A stretch of DNA of 64,000 nucleotides from Macrostomum lignano (taxonomy: Eukaryota): assembly GCA_002269645.1 (NCBI GenBank), contig NIVC01001304.1, forward strand, positions 248,001 through 312,000, in the 5' to 3' direction. Shown piece after piece: positions 1 to 13,564 of the stretch (the stretch's first letter is position 1; every line of letters starts with the position of its first letter). Under the pieces are notes generated by a model. That model made no database searches. It had not been told where the DNA came from and saw nothing but the letters and a program-made list of their open reading frames with translations. The translations under genes and the position numbers were made by a program.

Positions 1-355
1 TGACAGTGTGTTTAGGGCAGTTGACAGGCTGTTTAGGGCAGTTGACAGGCTGTTTAGGGCAGTTGACAGTCTGTTTAGGGCAGTTGACAGGCTGTTTAGG
101 GCAGTTGACAGTCTGTTTAGGGCTGTTGACAGTGTGTTAAGGGCAGTTGACAGGCTGTTTAGAGCTGTTGACAGTGTGTTAAGGGCAGTTGACAGGCTGT
201 TTAGGGCAGTTGACAGGCTGTTTAGGGCAGTTGACAGGCTGTTTAGGGCAGTTGACAGGCTGTTTAGGGCAGTTGACAGGCTGTTTAGGGCTGTTGACAG
301 TGTGTTTAGGGCAGTTGACAGGCTGTTTAGGGCTGCTGACAGTGTGTTTAGGTGT
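1..355. repeat. Minisatellite, 21-bp unit GTTTAGGGCAGTTGACAGGCT
   Basis: Visible tandem copies; accounts for the FRAVDRL pseudo-ORF. Confidence 0.95.
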
Positions 356-1609
356 CAACCCTCTGTTGACAGGGTCTTTGGGGACTCAAAGTAACTTTCT
401 GAAGGCTTTGACCTAGAGACGCGCTCTCTGACTCCCCCCCCTTTCTGGCAACTGCGTGGCTGGCGAGTGAAGTACTTTGTTGTTGTTGACAGGGTGTTTA
501 GGGCCTTACAGTGCCCGCAGTGAGGATTGGTAGCAGCTAAAAAGGGTTTACGAACTTCAAGGTCCCAAATAATAAAAACAAACTAAACTACAATTACAAT
601 TGTCGACACAAGCGAGTATTCCTCATAGTGATAAACTCATACGAGTATATTTTTTATTTGACATATTTCCCAGAAATCCTGACACGGGGAAGTTCAACTT
701 GCATAAACAAGGGGGTCAAAGCCACACGCAGAGGGTAATAGGTATTTAGCGTAAGAAACAGTAAAATAAATCGCAATATCCAACTAGATAGTTTTGCAAT
801 TTTTTAATTAGTTCAAGGTTCGATTGACTAATATAAAGTATTGCCACTTATTACAGGAGAGCAGCTGTACTTTTACTTGACAGTTTACTAACTATAAAAA
901 ATAAAAGTACAAACGCAGTCTGGAAACAGGAAACATGGAAACAAGCCATGGAAACAGCTTGTAAATAGGAATACATAGGAACTTAACCAATACAAAGACT
1001 TGCGTGCAATACTACTAGCTCAGAGAATAGTAAGTAGCACAGCACAATACATAGGCTAACATCATTTTTGGCCAATTTTATAACCTACAATTTTAAGGGA
1101 GAATTAAAAAAACGAGATAAAAGTACAGCTCAACATTTATATTAATAAATAAAAGTTATAAATCGATGTTCACAGCTACTAAAAGTAGTTGATTAGCATG
1201 CGAGCGGAATATTAGCGCGGTACGATATAAATACGCTGATAAAAGGCTAATAAAGAAGGCGGGAAAGTCAGCAGCCATGCGTGGAGGGGAGCACACTGCA
1301 GGGACTAAAAGAACCCAAATCAATTAATTCGCAAGGTAAAAATCGCGTACATTTAGGCTGCACAGAGATCGATGAAGGACTGACCCGTGCAGACGGCAGG
1401 GACAAAATAATCAAATTCTATTTGCAACGGAGAATCTTCAGGAAAATCAGGAAAGCTCTAAAATCTGAAATTGCAGCGGAATTGTGAGCGTAAAATTCCG
1501 CGTGAGCTGCCGCTCTGATTTTTACATACACAGGTATATATGGCTGACACCTTGCCAATGTTGCTTTTGCTGAGCGTATCTTCTAGGACTTACCCTACAA
1601 ATAAAAAAT

Positions 1610-2197
1610 CCTGCTCAGAATCTCACCCAAAGAGCTCATAACTCTGCTCAGAATCTCACCCAATGATTTCATAATCCTGCTCAGAATCTCACCCAATGAT
1701 TTCATGATTCTGCTCAGAATCTCACCCAATGATTTCATAATCCTGCTCAGAATCTCACCCATTGATTTCATAATTCTGCTCAGAATCTCACCCAATGATT
1801 TCATAATTCTGCTCAGAATCTCACCCAATGATTTCATAATTCTGCTCAGAATCTCACCCAATGAGTTCACAATCCTGCTCAGAATCTCACCCAATGAGTT
1901 ATTCTGCTCAGAATCTCACCCAATGATTTCATATAATTCTGCTCAGAATCTCACCCAATGATTTCATATAATTCTGCTCAGAATCTCACCCAATGATTTC
2001 ATATAATTCTGCTCAGAATCTCACCCAATGATTTCATATAATTCTGCTCAGAATCTCACCCAATGATTTCATATAATTCTGCTCAGAATCTCACCCAATG
2101 ATTTCATATAATTCTGATCACAATCTCACCCAATGATTTCATAATTCTGCTCAGAATCTCACTCAATGATTTCATATAATCCTGCTCAGAATCTCAA
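1610..2197. repeat. Minisatellite, 33/35-bp unit CTGCTCAGAATCTCACCCAATGATTTCAT(AT)AATT
   Basis: Tandem copies ~100 bp downstream of the MINPP1 stop. Confidence 0.95.
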
Positions 2198-2299
2198 TCC
2201 CACAGTATCAATCAAAACAATCCGACAGCTCAGGCAAAGAATAAAAACTCAATTCAAGCAGTGCTGCTCTGCCGAAGCACAGCAGGAGGCTGCCAGCCC

Positions 2300-2609
2300 C
2301 TACAACTCGTCGCGAGCACCGGCCTTGTGCGCGCACACAGCCTCAAAGTCGAAGCTCTGGGGGCACTGGCTGTCCAGCATCCTGAGCACGTCATCCAGCG
2401 GGCATCTGTAATGATTGCACAGAGTCCAGAACAGCGGCGACTCGTTCAGCGCCGGCTGCACGTACAGGCCGCCGTCCTGGCAGCTGAGCAGCGATAGCGC
2501 GAAATTGGCGCCGAACGGGACCAGGCGGGAGGCGCGGAATTGGCGCGATTGACGATGCGCCGCGTAGGACTCGTGCGTGAGATGGTGCGGGTCTTTGAAG
2601 AGGCCGAGC
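2300..2609 (-). CDS. MINPP1: MINPP1-like last exon ending RDEL* (frame not in ORF track)
   Basis: Manual translation: RLGLFKDPHHLTHESY...FRASRLVPFGANFALSLLSC...LNESPL...CPLDDV...CAHKAGARDEL-TAG (2302-2300). Confidence 0.9.
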
Positions 2610-5538
2610 CTGACACGAAGTGTGTTTGTTAAGCATTAGTTGCGAGTGATACTACTTGCAGCAGTTCGGGAGATTTTCTTGTCCCTGAACTGAACATTTA
2701 AATGTGGCGCCAAATTTCTGCAGCTCCCTGACACATGTGGCACCCAATTTCTGCAGTTTCCTGACACAAATATGGCACCCAAGTTCTGCAGCTCCCTGAC
2801 ACAAATGTGGCACCCAAGTTCTGCAGTTTCCTGACACAAATGTGGCGCCCAAGTTCTGCAGCTCCCTGACACAAATGTGGCACCCAAGTTCTGCAGCTCC
2901 CTGACACAAATGTGGCACCCAAGTTCTGCAGCTCCCTGACACAAATGTGGCACCCAAGTTCTGCAGCTCCCTGACACAAATGTGGCACCCAAGTTCTGCA
3001 GTTTCCTGACACAAATGTGGCGCCCAAGTTCTGCAGCTCCCTGACACATGTGGCACCCAATTTCTGCAGTTTCCTGACACAAATGTGGCACCCAAGTTCT
3101 GCAGCTCCCTGACACAAATGTGGCACCCAAGTTCTGCAGTTTCCTGACACAAATGTGGCACCCAAGTTCTGCAGCTCCCTGACACAAATGTGGCACCCAA
3201 GTTCTGCAGTTTCCTGACACAAATGTGGCACCCAAGTTCTGCAGCTCCCTGACACAAATGTGGCACCCAAGTTCTGCAGCTCCCTGACACAAATGTGGCA
3301 CCCAAGTTCTGCAGTTTCCTGACACAAATGTGGCACCCAAGTTCTGCAGCTCCCTGACACAAATGTGGCACCCAAGTTCTGCAGTTTCCAGACACAAATG
3401 TGGCACCCAAGTTCTGCAGCTCCCTGACACAAATGTGGCGCCCAAGTTCTGCAGTTTCCTGACACAAATGTGGCACCCAAGTTCTGCAGCTCCCTGACAC
3501 AAATGTGGCACCCAAGTTCTGCAGCTCCCTGACACAAATGTGGCACCCAAGTTCTGCAGTTTCCTGACACAAATGTGGCACCCAAGTTCTGCAGCTCCCT
3601 GACACAAATGTGGCACCCAAGTTCTGCAGCTCCCTGACACAAATGTGGCACCCAAGTTCTGCAGTTTCCTGACACAAATGTGGCACCAAAGTTCTGCAGC
3701 TCCCTAACACAAATGTGGCACCCAAGTTCTGCAGTTTCCTGACACAAATGTGGCACCCAAGTTCTGCAGTTTCCTGACACAAATGTGGCACCCAAGTTCT
3801 GCAGTTTCCTGACACAAATGTGGCACCCAAGTTCTGCAGCTCCCTGACACAAATGTGGCACCCAAGTTCTGCAGCTCCCTGACACAAATGTGGCACCTAA
3901 GTTCTGCAGTTTCCTGACACAAATGTGGCACCCAAGTTCTGCAGCTCCCTGACACAAATGTGGCACCCAAGTTCTGCAGTTTCCTGACACAAATGTGGCA
4001 CCCAAGTTCTGCAGCTCCCTGACACAAATGTGGCACCCAAGTTCTGCAGTTTCCTGACACAAATGTGGCACCCAAGTTCTGCAGCTCCCTGACACAAATG
4101 TGGCGCCCAAGTTCTGCAGCTCCCTGACACAAATGTGGCACCCAAGTTCTGCAGCTCCCTGACACAAATGTGGCACCCAAGTTCTGCAGCTCCCTGACAC
4201 AAATGTGGCACCCAAGTTCTGCAGCTCCCTGACACAAATGTGGCACCCAAGTTCTGCAGTTTCCTGACACAAATGTGGCACCCAAGTTCTGCAGCTCCCT
4301 GACACAAATGTGGCACCCAAGTTCTGCAGCTCCCTGACACAAATGTGGCACCCAAGTTCTGCAGTTTCCTGACACAAATGTGGCACCCAAGTTCTGCAGC
4401 TCCCTGACACAAATGTGGCACCCAAGTTCTGCAGTTTCCTGACACAAATGTGGCACCCAAGTTCTGCAGCTCCCTGACACAAATGTGGCACCCAAGTTCT
4501 GCAGTTTCCTGACACAAATGTGGCACCCAAGTTCTGCAGCTCCCTGACACAAATGTGGCACCCAAGTTCTGCAGTTTCCTGACACAAATGTGGCACCCAA
4601 GTTCTGCAGCTCCCTGACACAAATGTGGCACCCAAGTTCTGCAGCTCCCTGACACAAATGTGGCACCCAAGTTCTGCAGTTTCCTGACACAAATGTGGCA
4701 CCCAAGTTCTGCAGCTCCCTGACACAAATGTGGCGCCCAAGTTCTGCAGTTTCCTGACACAATTGTGGCGCCGAAGTTCTGCAGTTTCCTGACACAAATG
4801 TGGCACCCAAGTTCTGCAGTTTCCTGACACAAATGTGGCGCCCAAGTTCTGCAGTTTCCTGACACAATTGTGGCGCCGAAGTTCTGCAGTTTCCTGACAC
4901 AAATGTGGCACCCAAGTTCTGCAGCTCCCTGACACAAATGTGGCACCCAAGTTCTGCAGTTTCCTGACACAAATGTGGCACCCAAGTTCTGCAGCTCCCT
5001 GACACAAATGTGGCGCCCAAGTTCTGCAGCTCCCTGACACAAATGTGGCACCCAAGTTCTGCAGCTCCCTGACACAAATGTGGCACCCAAGTTCTGCAGC
5101 TCCCTGACACAAATGTGGCACCCAAGTTCTGCAGCTCCCTGACACAAATGTGGCACCCAAGTTCTGCAGTTTCCTGACACAAATGTGGCACCCAAGTTCT
5201 GCAGCTCCCTGACACAAATGTGGCACCCAAGTTCTGCAGCTCCCTGACACAAATGTGGCACCCAAGTTCTGCAGTTTCCTGACACAAATGTGGCACCCAA
5301 GTTCTGCAGCTCCCTGACACAAATGTGGCACCCAAGTTCTGCAGCTCCCTGACACAAATGTGGCACCCAAGTTCTGCAGCTCCCTGACACAAATGTCAAG
5401 AGACAAAGGTAGAGAAGTGAGTGAGGAGAGAGGAGAGGAAAGAGGAGAATGGAGAGGGGAGAGAGTAGAGAGAGGAGGAGAGATAAGAGAGAAAAACAGA
5501 GAAGAGAGAGAGAGAGAGAGGAGAGATAAGAGAGAGAC

Positions 5539-5603
<65 letters not shown>

Positions 5604-8600
5604 GGGGAGCAGAGAGAAATGAGAAGAGATAAGAGAGAAAAGATAAAAGAAGAGAAAGGAAAGATGAGAGAGCAAAGACGAGAGAAAAGAGGTGAGGGAA
5701 GAGACGAGAGAAGAGGGGAGAGATGAGAGATTAGAGGAGAGAGTTAAGAGAAGAGAGAAAAGAATAGAAAGGAGAATGAAGATCAGAGAGAAGAGGGGGT
5801 GAGAGGAGAGAGGAGAGGGGAGAGAGGAGAGAGGAGAGGAGAGAGAAAACGAAAAAGTAGAGAGGAGAGAGGAGAGGAGAGAGAAAAGAAGAGACAAGAG
5901 ATGAGATAAGAGAGATGAAAGAGAAGAGAGATGAGGGAAGATACAAGAGAAGAGGGGAGAGAGGAGAGAGGAGAGACGAGGGATGAGAGAGAAGAAAGGA
6001 AACAAAGAGACGATAAAAATTTTAAAGGATCCAAGGGACGTAGGGAGAGTCAGGGAGAGACCAGAGTTTAGCAATATATGTTTTAGAGTCAGACAGACAT
6101 TGCCTGACATTCTGCGCAGTACCCCAGCCAACAATGTCTCAAACCCTAATTTTACACGAATGTGCTCCATTTTATGTCTACCTCTATCCTACTAACTATT
6201 AACAAGTTTTTGTTTGTGTATGGCCTTAGATTTCAGAATACATGCAAAAGTAGTTCCGGGTATTGGAATTCCCCGGGTTCAAAATCCGCGGGTTTCAACA
6301 GCTTGTTTTATTCTAAATCTTGTCAATCAACTTTGGGAAGGGCATAGACATAACTCATATGAGCTGCTTGTTCCATTTATATTTTGGGAGTCATTGTGGT
6401 AGAGATTGCTTGAATTTGGTAAAAAATCTGCAAACTTGATGATATCAGTGGATAGGGCAGATCAAATGGAGATTTTCAAACAAATTGTTAGAAACCAATG
6501 GTTGCATGCTTTTGCAAAATGCTTGCATTCATCTGTTAGTACAGTTTTAGCTACAATCAGACATGTGAAATATGCAAAATACAAGTACCATAAGATTGGA
6601 CCAAAGGCACAATCATTTTTAGATAGACTTCTTTTAGTCCCATCAAAGTTTGTATGTTATTCTGTGGTAATGACCTCATGCTCATGCTGTACTTGGCAGA
6701 TCTAGGTTTTTACTCCAGGGGTCTTGCTTGGTTGCACTACTACACATGGGAACACCAACTACAATATAGATACCAAACTGATATATATTGCTCGGAATTT
6801 AATTGAATTCAATCAGATCACACTATATTTAATACCTGCAGCTATTTTGGAATATTTGATAGCTATCTCTAATGCCAGCCCCTCATAAAGAATATATTAC
6901 TATCCAAATCTTTGTGCCTTTCTCTTGAATTTGCTACATTAATTGGAACTCACAGTTATATATACAAACAGTTTTTTCAAGCTCAACTTGAGTCCATGCA
7001 GTTCAGGGGTTGCACCTAGGGATTGCAAATCCTGGCTGTTCTACAATCCTGGGACATACATGCGCAACCTTCGGAATCACTCGGCCGTTTCTATTGGTAA
7101 CACCTACATGTACACCTACACTGGGTCTAGTGTCTTGTCTCAGCTATCTTATTGTATAATATCTTATGCCTAGATTTATAGAGAAGTAAAAATGTTTACA
7201 TAATATCAAAAACTTGTTCTGCCAAATTTCAAAAAATATATTTATGTAAAATTTTCTGCATCCAGGATGCCATTTTATACTCATTTTGGTGTTTTTGGTT
7301 TCACAGGCCTGATTGAAAAATTACATAATAATTGATAATAAAACATGATTTAATTTATTGTTTATAATGTATTAAACATACATCAATGGCCTATCTAGGA
7401 TTTTTAGACATGGCAATTATTGAAATTAGCAAAAATTGTGATTTTTTGTTAAAATCTCTACCTATAAAAATCAAAACTCTGTCTGTCTGTAGACAAATTA
7501 CTTCACTATGGACTCCCAAACTGCTCAACCAAATGACACCAAACTTGACACCCACCCTAAACTTACTACGGAGAATGTCTTAGGCTACCTTTAAATTTCC
7601 TAGACTCAAGTCTTCCTACCTAAAAGTGCAAAAAACTGCTCAAAATGCGCGATTTTTTTACTAAAGCCTCCTTAGCGCCGCTCCACTTCTACCGATCCTC
7701 TTCAAATTTGACACAATCAATTTTCAACTATTTTGACACAATCGTGTAAAATTTCGAATCTGAAAGTTAATCCTGAACGGCGCTGTGCACTTTTAAAGTT
7801 TGGCTGTTTTTTTCAGCGAGGCAGCCACCCCAACCTCCGCCCGCCTGCCTCTTTCCCGATCTGGGCAAAGGGTGTAAATGGGTTTTAAAATGACTAACTT
7901 TCGGCTGCCATAAGTCTGCTCCACGTGAAGCGATTGACTTCAAACTTAACACAATTCTTCTTTGATTCATTCTCTGTCTAAATGTAAAGTTTCAACTCTC
8001 TAACTCAATCAGAACAGAAACTGTAAGCATGTGAAGTTTGTCTGCTTTTTCTGCTGTTTGTGCCACTCACTCACTCATTGCCCCAGAGCCAGACGAAGGG
8101 TCAGGCGATAGGACTGAATGTACATAGCAAATGTACAGTGTTTTGGAATAACTTTATTTATAGCCTTCTCTGCACCCCGAGAGTGGAGAGGCTACGTTTA
8201 GCCATAACAGTTTAGTGAGAAATTCTAACCACTGCCCTCCCCTCTGTATTGGCAAACTCTGCAGCAGTTTAACAGTGGATGGCAATTGGCAATTGGCAAA
8301 TCGAGGGAATCCACTATCCAGCATGGTTTGTGAAAGCGAAAGATTTATGAAAAGGCGATGCCATGCAATGCAATACAACCCTACTAAATTAGGCACACCA
8401 TGGAAATTTTAGGTTTCTTTTAAAGGTACTGTGTAAATATTAAATGGCCTTCTAAGAAATGCGTATTTCCTTGGTTGTTAGACTGATGCAGACTGCAGTG
8501 GAGCTGAAGATACACAAATTCCTTTCAGGGCTGCAAATTGGCAAGAAAGATGACGTGATCGAAGCATGAGAACAACCATGAGAGTACTACGTCCCACAAA

Positions 8601-11600
8601 CTGGCTTTTCAAGCAGGGATGGGCAGACTTTTACCTCAAAGGCCAGATAAAGAATTCAGCTCATAGCTGAGGGGCAGATGAAAGTGGAAAGAAGAAGGAA
8701 TAGACGATTCGAAGAGAGGAGAGGCGACAGAGGGGATAAAAGAAAAGATAAAAGATAATAGGAGAGATGAGGGGGTGAGGACGATGAGAGAGAGGGGGAG
8801 AAGAGGGGAGAGAAGAAAAGCGAGAGGAGAGAGTAGAGATGAGAGAGCAGACAGCAGACAGCAGAGAGGAGAGCAGAGAGGAAACAGGTGAAAGAAGAGA
8901 TGAGAGAGTAAAGGGAAGAGAGAAGAGATAAAGATACATCTCTACATCTCTAAGGTTGTAGAGATGAGAGAGGTGGAAGGAGAGATGAGAAATGAGAGAT
9001 GAGAGATAACGGAGAGAGGAGAGTGGAGTGAGAGAAGAGAGGGAGACAGAGTATAGAAAAGGGAAGAGAAGAGAAAAGAAAGGAGAAAGGAAAGTGAGGA
9101 GTCAAAAGAGGGGAAAGAAAAGAGTACAGAGGAGAGAGGTGAGAGAAGATATAAGACAGAGATGCCAGATTAAAGAGGGGGATGAGAGAGCAGAGACGAG
9201 AGTGAACAGATAAAAGATGGGAGAGTAGAGAGAACAGAGGAGAGGTTACAGAGACGAGAGGAGAGAGGAGAGAGTCATGTGGCACCCAAGTTCTGCAGTT
9301 TCCTGACACAAATGTGGCACCCAAGTTCTGCAGCTCCCTGACACAAATGTGGCACCCAAGTTCTGCAGCTCCCTGACACAAATGTGGCACCCAAGTTCTG
9401 CAGCTCCCTGACACAAATGTGGCACCCAAGTTCTGCAGCTCCCTGACACAAATGTGGCACCCAAGTTCTGCAGTTTCCTGACACAAATGTGGCACCCAAG
9501 TTCTGCAGCTCCCTGACACAAATGTGGCGCCCAAGTTCTGCAGTTTCCTGACACAATTGTGGCGCCGAAGTTCTGCAGTTTCCTGACACAAATGTGGCAC
9601 CCAAGTTCTGCAGTTTCCTGACACAAATGTGGCGCCCAAGTTCTGCAGTTTCCTGACACAATTGTGGCGCCGAAGTTCTGCAGTTTCCTGACACAAATGT
9701 GGCACCCAAGTTCTGCAGCTCCCTGACACAAATGTGGCACCCAAGTTCTGCAGTTTCCTGACACAAATGTGGCACCCAAGTTCTGCAGCTCCCTGACACA
9801 AATGTGGCGCCCAAGTTCTGCAGTTTCCTGACACAATTGTGGCGCCGAAGTTCTGCAGTTTCCTGACACAATTGTGGCGCCGAAGTTCTGCAGCTCCCTG
9901 ACACAAATGTGGCACCCAAGTTCTGCAGTTTCCCAACAGAAATAGTAAAAACAAGAGGAGCTCACCTGGCCATGACGGGAAAAAGAGTCTCAGCGTGCCC
10001 AAAGTACAGCACAGTGGAATTCGCCACTGGCGCCTGCGCCGAAGCGGCGCCTCCCGCCCGCTCACGCTGGGCTGCTCGGACCAAATTGGCGGCCAGGTCG
10101 GAGACCAGCGGGCAGGCGATGAGGCTGCTGAGGTCGTAGCCGTGAGACTTGCGCCAGTAGTGCTTCAGGTCTGGTGGGAGGACGGGTAAAGCAAGACTTT
10201 GTCAGTACAACTGGGGATCTGGGAGGCTGGCCCAGCAACTGAAGATCTGGGAGGCTGGCCCAGCAACTGAAGATCTGGGAGGCTGGCCCAGCAACTGAGG
10301 ATCTGGGAGGCCGGCCCAGCAACTGAAGATCTGGGAGGCTGGCCCAGCAACTGAAGATCTGGGAGGCTGGCCCAGCAACTGAGGATCTGGGAGGCTGGCC
10401 CAGCAACTGAGGATCTGGGAGGCCGGCCCAGCAACTGAAGATCTGGGAGGCTGGCCCAGCAACTGAAGATCTGGGAGGCTGGCCCAGCAACTGAGGATCT
10501 GGGAGGCCGGCCCAGCAACTGAAGATCTGGGAGGCTGGCCCAGCAACTGAAGATCTGGGAGGCTGGCCCAGCAACTGAGGATCTGGGAGGCTGGCCCAGC
10601 AACTGAGGATCTGGGAGGCTGGCCCAACCCAAGAATCCAGTTGTGGGAAAGCAATCCGAAAAACTCACCCAGCAGGAATTCCACAGCCTCGTGCGCATCC
10701 GGGTCCTGCACCAGCCGGCACCAGGGACTGTCGCCAGGCACGGTGAGGTTGCTGGCCATCTCCATGCCGCACAGGCTGAAGGCCATGGCCAGGTCGGCTG
10801 GGCTCAGGTCGATGTCCGTTAGGCCCAGCCGCTCCTGGGCCGCCTTGGCTGCGGCGCGGAGTTCCGGCCCGGCCATGAACTTCCGGTACTCCCGCTTGCC
10901 GTCCGGCCCGTCGTCAATAGTGGCCTGTTGGTGAGGCATTAAAGCAACTCAATAAGTAGCTAGTAGCGAAAAAACAGCCGATATGTATCGACAATATAAA
11001 AGATGGCCTACTGGAGAGTAGCAACATAAGAATTTTAAGTGTCTTTTATAATGCATGCGAAAAAGTAGCGCACGGATCGTTAAATTGAACTTATGAAGTC
11101 GTGAACGCGTGTATACATGCGCAACAGTATTTGGCGGCCAACCAAGGTAAGTCGCAAAAATGCCCACTAGAAGGAATACAGACGTAGTACTAATTAGATG
11201 ACGATGCATTTAGCCTTAATAGGACAGTAATAGTTACTCTTGCCGTTTACCCAAAATTGCGTTAAGCTTCTTTTACAGGTAAGTCGCATGGCCGACCGAA
11301 TTTTGGAGGTTGCGCATGTATGATTACGCGTGTGTCCACAGGTGAGGCCTGGCTCACCAGTGAAGACCAGCAGACAAAGATTCAAGACTCAGAGACCGAT
11401 CTCACTTTTGGAGGCACATGCAGAAGTTCACAGATAGCGTTAGAGTTAGTACAGCTAGCTGCCGATATGTATCGATAAATTACTTGAACAACAAAGTCAA
11501 CAAACAGGCACAAAACACTGCGCACCTTAAACTTGTGGCAGTCGTCGTAGAACCGGATGTGCGCATCGGCAACCCGCACGGCGATGTCAGCGTCAGTCAG

Positions 11601-13337
11601 GCCGGCCCCGTGCAGGAAACTCTTGGCACTTTCGAAGGCCCGATCCGAGCTGGAGCTGAGCACCGCCACGGACTCGTGGCTGGCTAGCAAGTTCGGATAG
11701 CGCAGGGCGATTCGGCTGCCAAGCAGCTCGTGCTCCTGGTGGCCCACATTGCTGAGACTCTTGCCGCCGCCAGTCAGGGCGAACGGGCTCGACCAGCCCG
11801 TGGCCGTCTTGGCGAACGCCGGCTCCGAGCGGAAGGCGCTGGCCAGGCGGTGCAGAACCACCTCGGCGCGTCTCACCTGCGCGATATGGCAGGGGGTTTT
11901 GCAACAGACTCTACTGGCATTGCACTGATATTGAGATACTATAAAGCTACTGACCACAAACTTGAGATAATCACATCCTGAAGCTGCATCTAGACTGTCC
12001 CAAAATTGACCCACTCATCTTGAAGCTATCACAAAATAAGTATGATTATCCGGAAGCTACCAACAACCTAACACAACCATCCCTGAAGCTACCAACAACT
12101 TAACACAACCATCCCTGAAGCTACCAACAACCTAACACAACCATCCCTGAAGCTACCAAATACTGTGTATAATCATCTTGAAGCTACCAAATACTGTGTA
12201 TAATCATCTTGAAGCTACCAAATACTGTGTATAATCATCTTGAAGCTACCAAATACTGTGTATAATCATCTTGAAGCTACCAAATACTGTGTATAATCAT
12301 CTTGAAGCTACCAAATACTGTGTATAATCATCTTGAAGCTACCAAATACTGTGTATAATCATCTTGAAGCTACCAAATACTGTGTATAATCATCTTGAAG
12401 CTACAACAACAAATAGTAACTTATATTATACAAACAAATAGTAGTTTAGGACAATAATCATTCTAAAGCCACAACAAACTGGATAATCCTCATACTGAAG
12501 CCATCATAAACTGGATAATCCTCATACTGAAGCCATCATAAACTGGATAATCCTCATACTGAAGCCATCATAAACTGGATAATCCTCATACTGAAGCCAT
12601 CATAAACTGGATAATCATCATACTGAAGCCATCATAAACTGGATAATCATCATACTGAAGCCATCAAACTGTATAATCATACTAAAGCCATTACAAACTG
12701 GATAATCATACTGAAGCCATCACAAACTGGATAATCATCAAACAAAATCCATCACAAACAGCAACTGGATAATCATCATACTGAAGCCATCATAAACTGG
12801 ATAATCATCATACTGAAGCCATCACCAACAGCAACTGGATAATCATGATACTAAAGCCATCAAAAACCAGATAATTATCATACTGAAATCATACTGAAGT
12901 GATTGCAACCTAGTTGGGATATACATCTGGTAGGGCAGAGTCCGGAAACCTATGTTTCCTATGGAGTCAGGCATTTGTTCAGCCCACGGCAATAATCACA
13001 TCAATCAACATCAGGACCAACATTACAAACCAAAAGAATTCCATGCAAGCCTCACCTGCTTGACAGAGGGCCCCCGAGACCCATGCCGCAGCATCATGAT
13101 GAGCTGCCTGGCTGCGCAGCCTTCGGCAACGCCAGACGGGGCAGGCAGGTCGGGGAAAATTCTCTCCACATTGCGGTAGGCAGTTTTGGTGCCGAATCTG
13201 TTCAGCGGAGGCTGCACAGTGTCCGGCGGGGCAGCCGAGATCTTGGCATCAGCGGGCGGCAGCCACACGGCCAGGCAGATCGCAGACACCACTAATAGTG
13301 CCTGGCGAAGACAATGACGCACTGCTTTGTCTGGCAT
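2300..13337 (-). CDS. MINPP1: Multiple inositol polyphosphate phosphatase 1-like (histidine acid phosphatase/phytase), 5 exons, ~467 aa
   Basis: Hand-spliced exons 13337-13056, 11876-11526, 10924-10669, 10170-9966 and 2609-2300. All introns are GT-AG with compatible phases (0,0,1,2); total 1404 nt. Hydrophobic signal peptide, RHGSRGP catalytic motif, FYDDC, LYFGHAETLFP, VPFGANF and C-terminal RDEL* (ER retention). The start could be 13337, 13349 or 13406. Confidence 0.93.
2700..5396. repeat. Large 35-bp satellite array (TGGCACCCAAGTTCTGCAGCTCCCTGACACAAATG) in MINPP1 intron 4
   Basis: ~77 copies; accounts for all LGATFVSG/CRTWVPH pseudo-ORFs. Confidence 0.98.
5397..6050. repeat. GA-rich low-complexity tract including (GA)n
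   Basis: Almost pure purine on + strand. Confidence 0.9.
8665..9275. repeat. GA-rich low-complexity tract
   Basis: Almost pure purine on + strand. Confidence 0.88.
9276..9932. repeat. Second array of the same 35-bp satellite
   Basis: Same unit and same variants (e.g. GACACAATTGTGGCGCCGAAG) as 2700-5396. Confidence 0.97.
9966..10170 (-). CDS. MINPP1: MINPP1-like exon 4 (HAE proton-donor motif; frame not in ORF track)
   Basis: Manual translation: DLKHYWRKSHGYDLSSLIACPLVSDLAANL...STVLYFGHAETLFPVMAR; AG/GT flanks in phase 1 and 2. Confidence 0.9.
10212..10625. repeat. Minisatellite, 28-bp unit GATCTGGGAGGCTGGCCCAGCAACTGA(A/G), MINPP1 intron 3
   Basis: ~15 tandem copies. Confidence 0.96.
10669..10924 (-). 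CDS. MINPP1: MINPP1-like exon 3
   Basis: CAG|ATIDDGPDGKREYRKFMAGPEL...AFSLCGMEMA...SPWCRL...EFLL G|GTGAGT. Confidence 0.88.
11526..11876 (-). CDS. MINPP1: MINPP1-like exon 2
   Basis: CAG|VRRAEVVLHRL...GHQEHELLGSRIALRYPNLL...SSSSDRAFESAKSF...IRFYDDCHKFK|GTGCG; 351 nt, phase 0/0. Confidence 0.9.
12040..12900. repeat. Adjacent related minisatellites (~31-bp ATCATCTTGAAGCTACCAAATACTGTGTATA; ~32-bp GAAGCCATCATAAACTGGATAATCCTCATACT), MINPP1 intron 1
   Basis: Tandem copies. Confidence 0.9.
13056..13337 (-). CDS. MINPP1: MINPP1-like exon 1 (signal peptide, RHGSRGP)
   Basis: MPDKAVRHCLRQALLVVSAICLAVWL...FGTKTAY...MMLRHGSRGPSVKQ|GTGAG donor. Confidence 0.9.
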
Positions 13338-13564
13338 CTTTATTTGCATAGCACAGGGAGCTTGAGGCAGGGATGCAGAAGCAAAGGAATCATTCGAATT
13401 AGCCATTCAAATTATTACTAGTGTAGTGAGCCACTAGGACTAATTTTAGGTATCTCACTGTAGTCAACAGCATCCTTGCATTGCTCTTGAACTGCTAACA
13501 GATCCCATTTTGCTCTGTTGGTCTGCCTGTTCCCAGCCTTCTTTTTTGCTCTGTGCTCTTGTTG

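Noticed and set aside
1-355. TTTAGGG-containing repeat as telomere
   Set aside because: The unit is 21 bp with non-telomeric sequence; not (TTAGGG)n.
2636-6170. Very long Cys-rich ORFs (up to 902 aa) on the minus strand
   Set aside because: They are translations of the 35-bp satellite in all frames, lying inside a MINPP1 intron.
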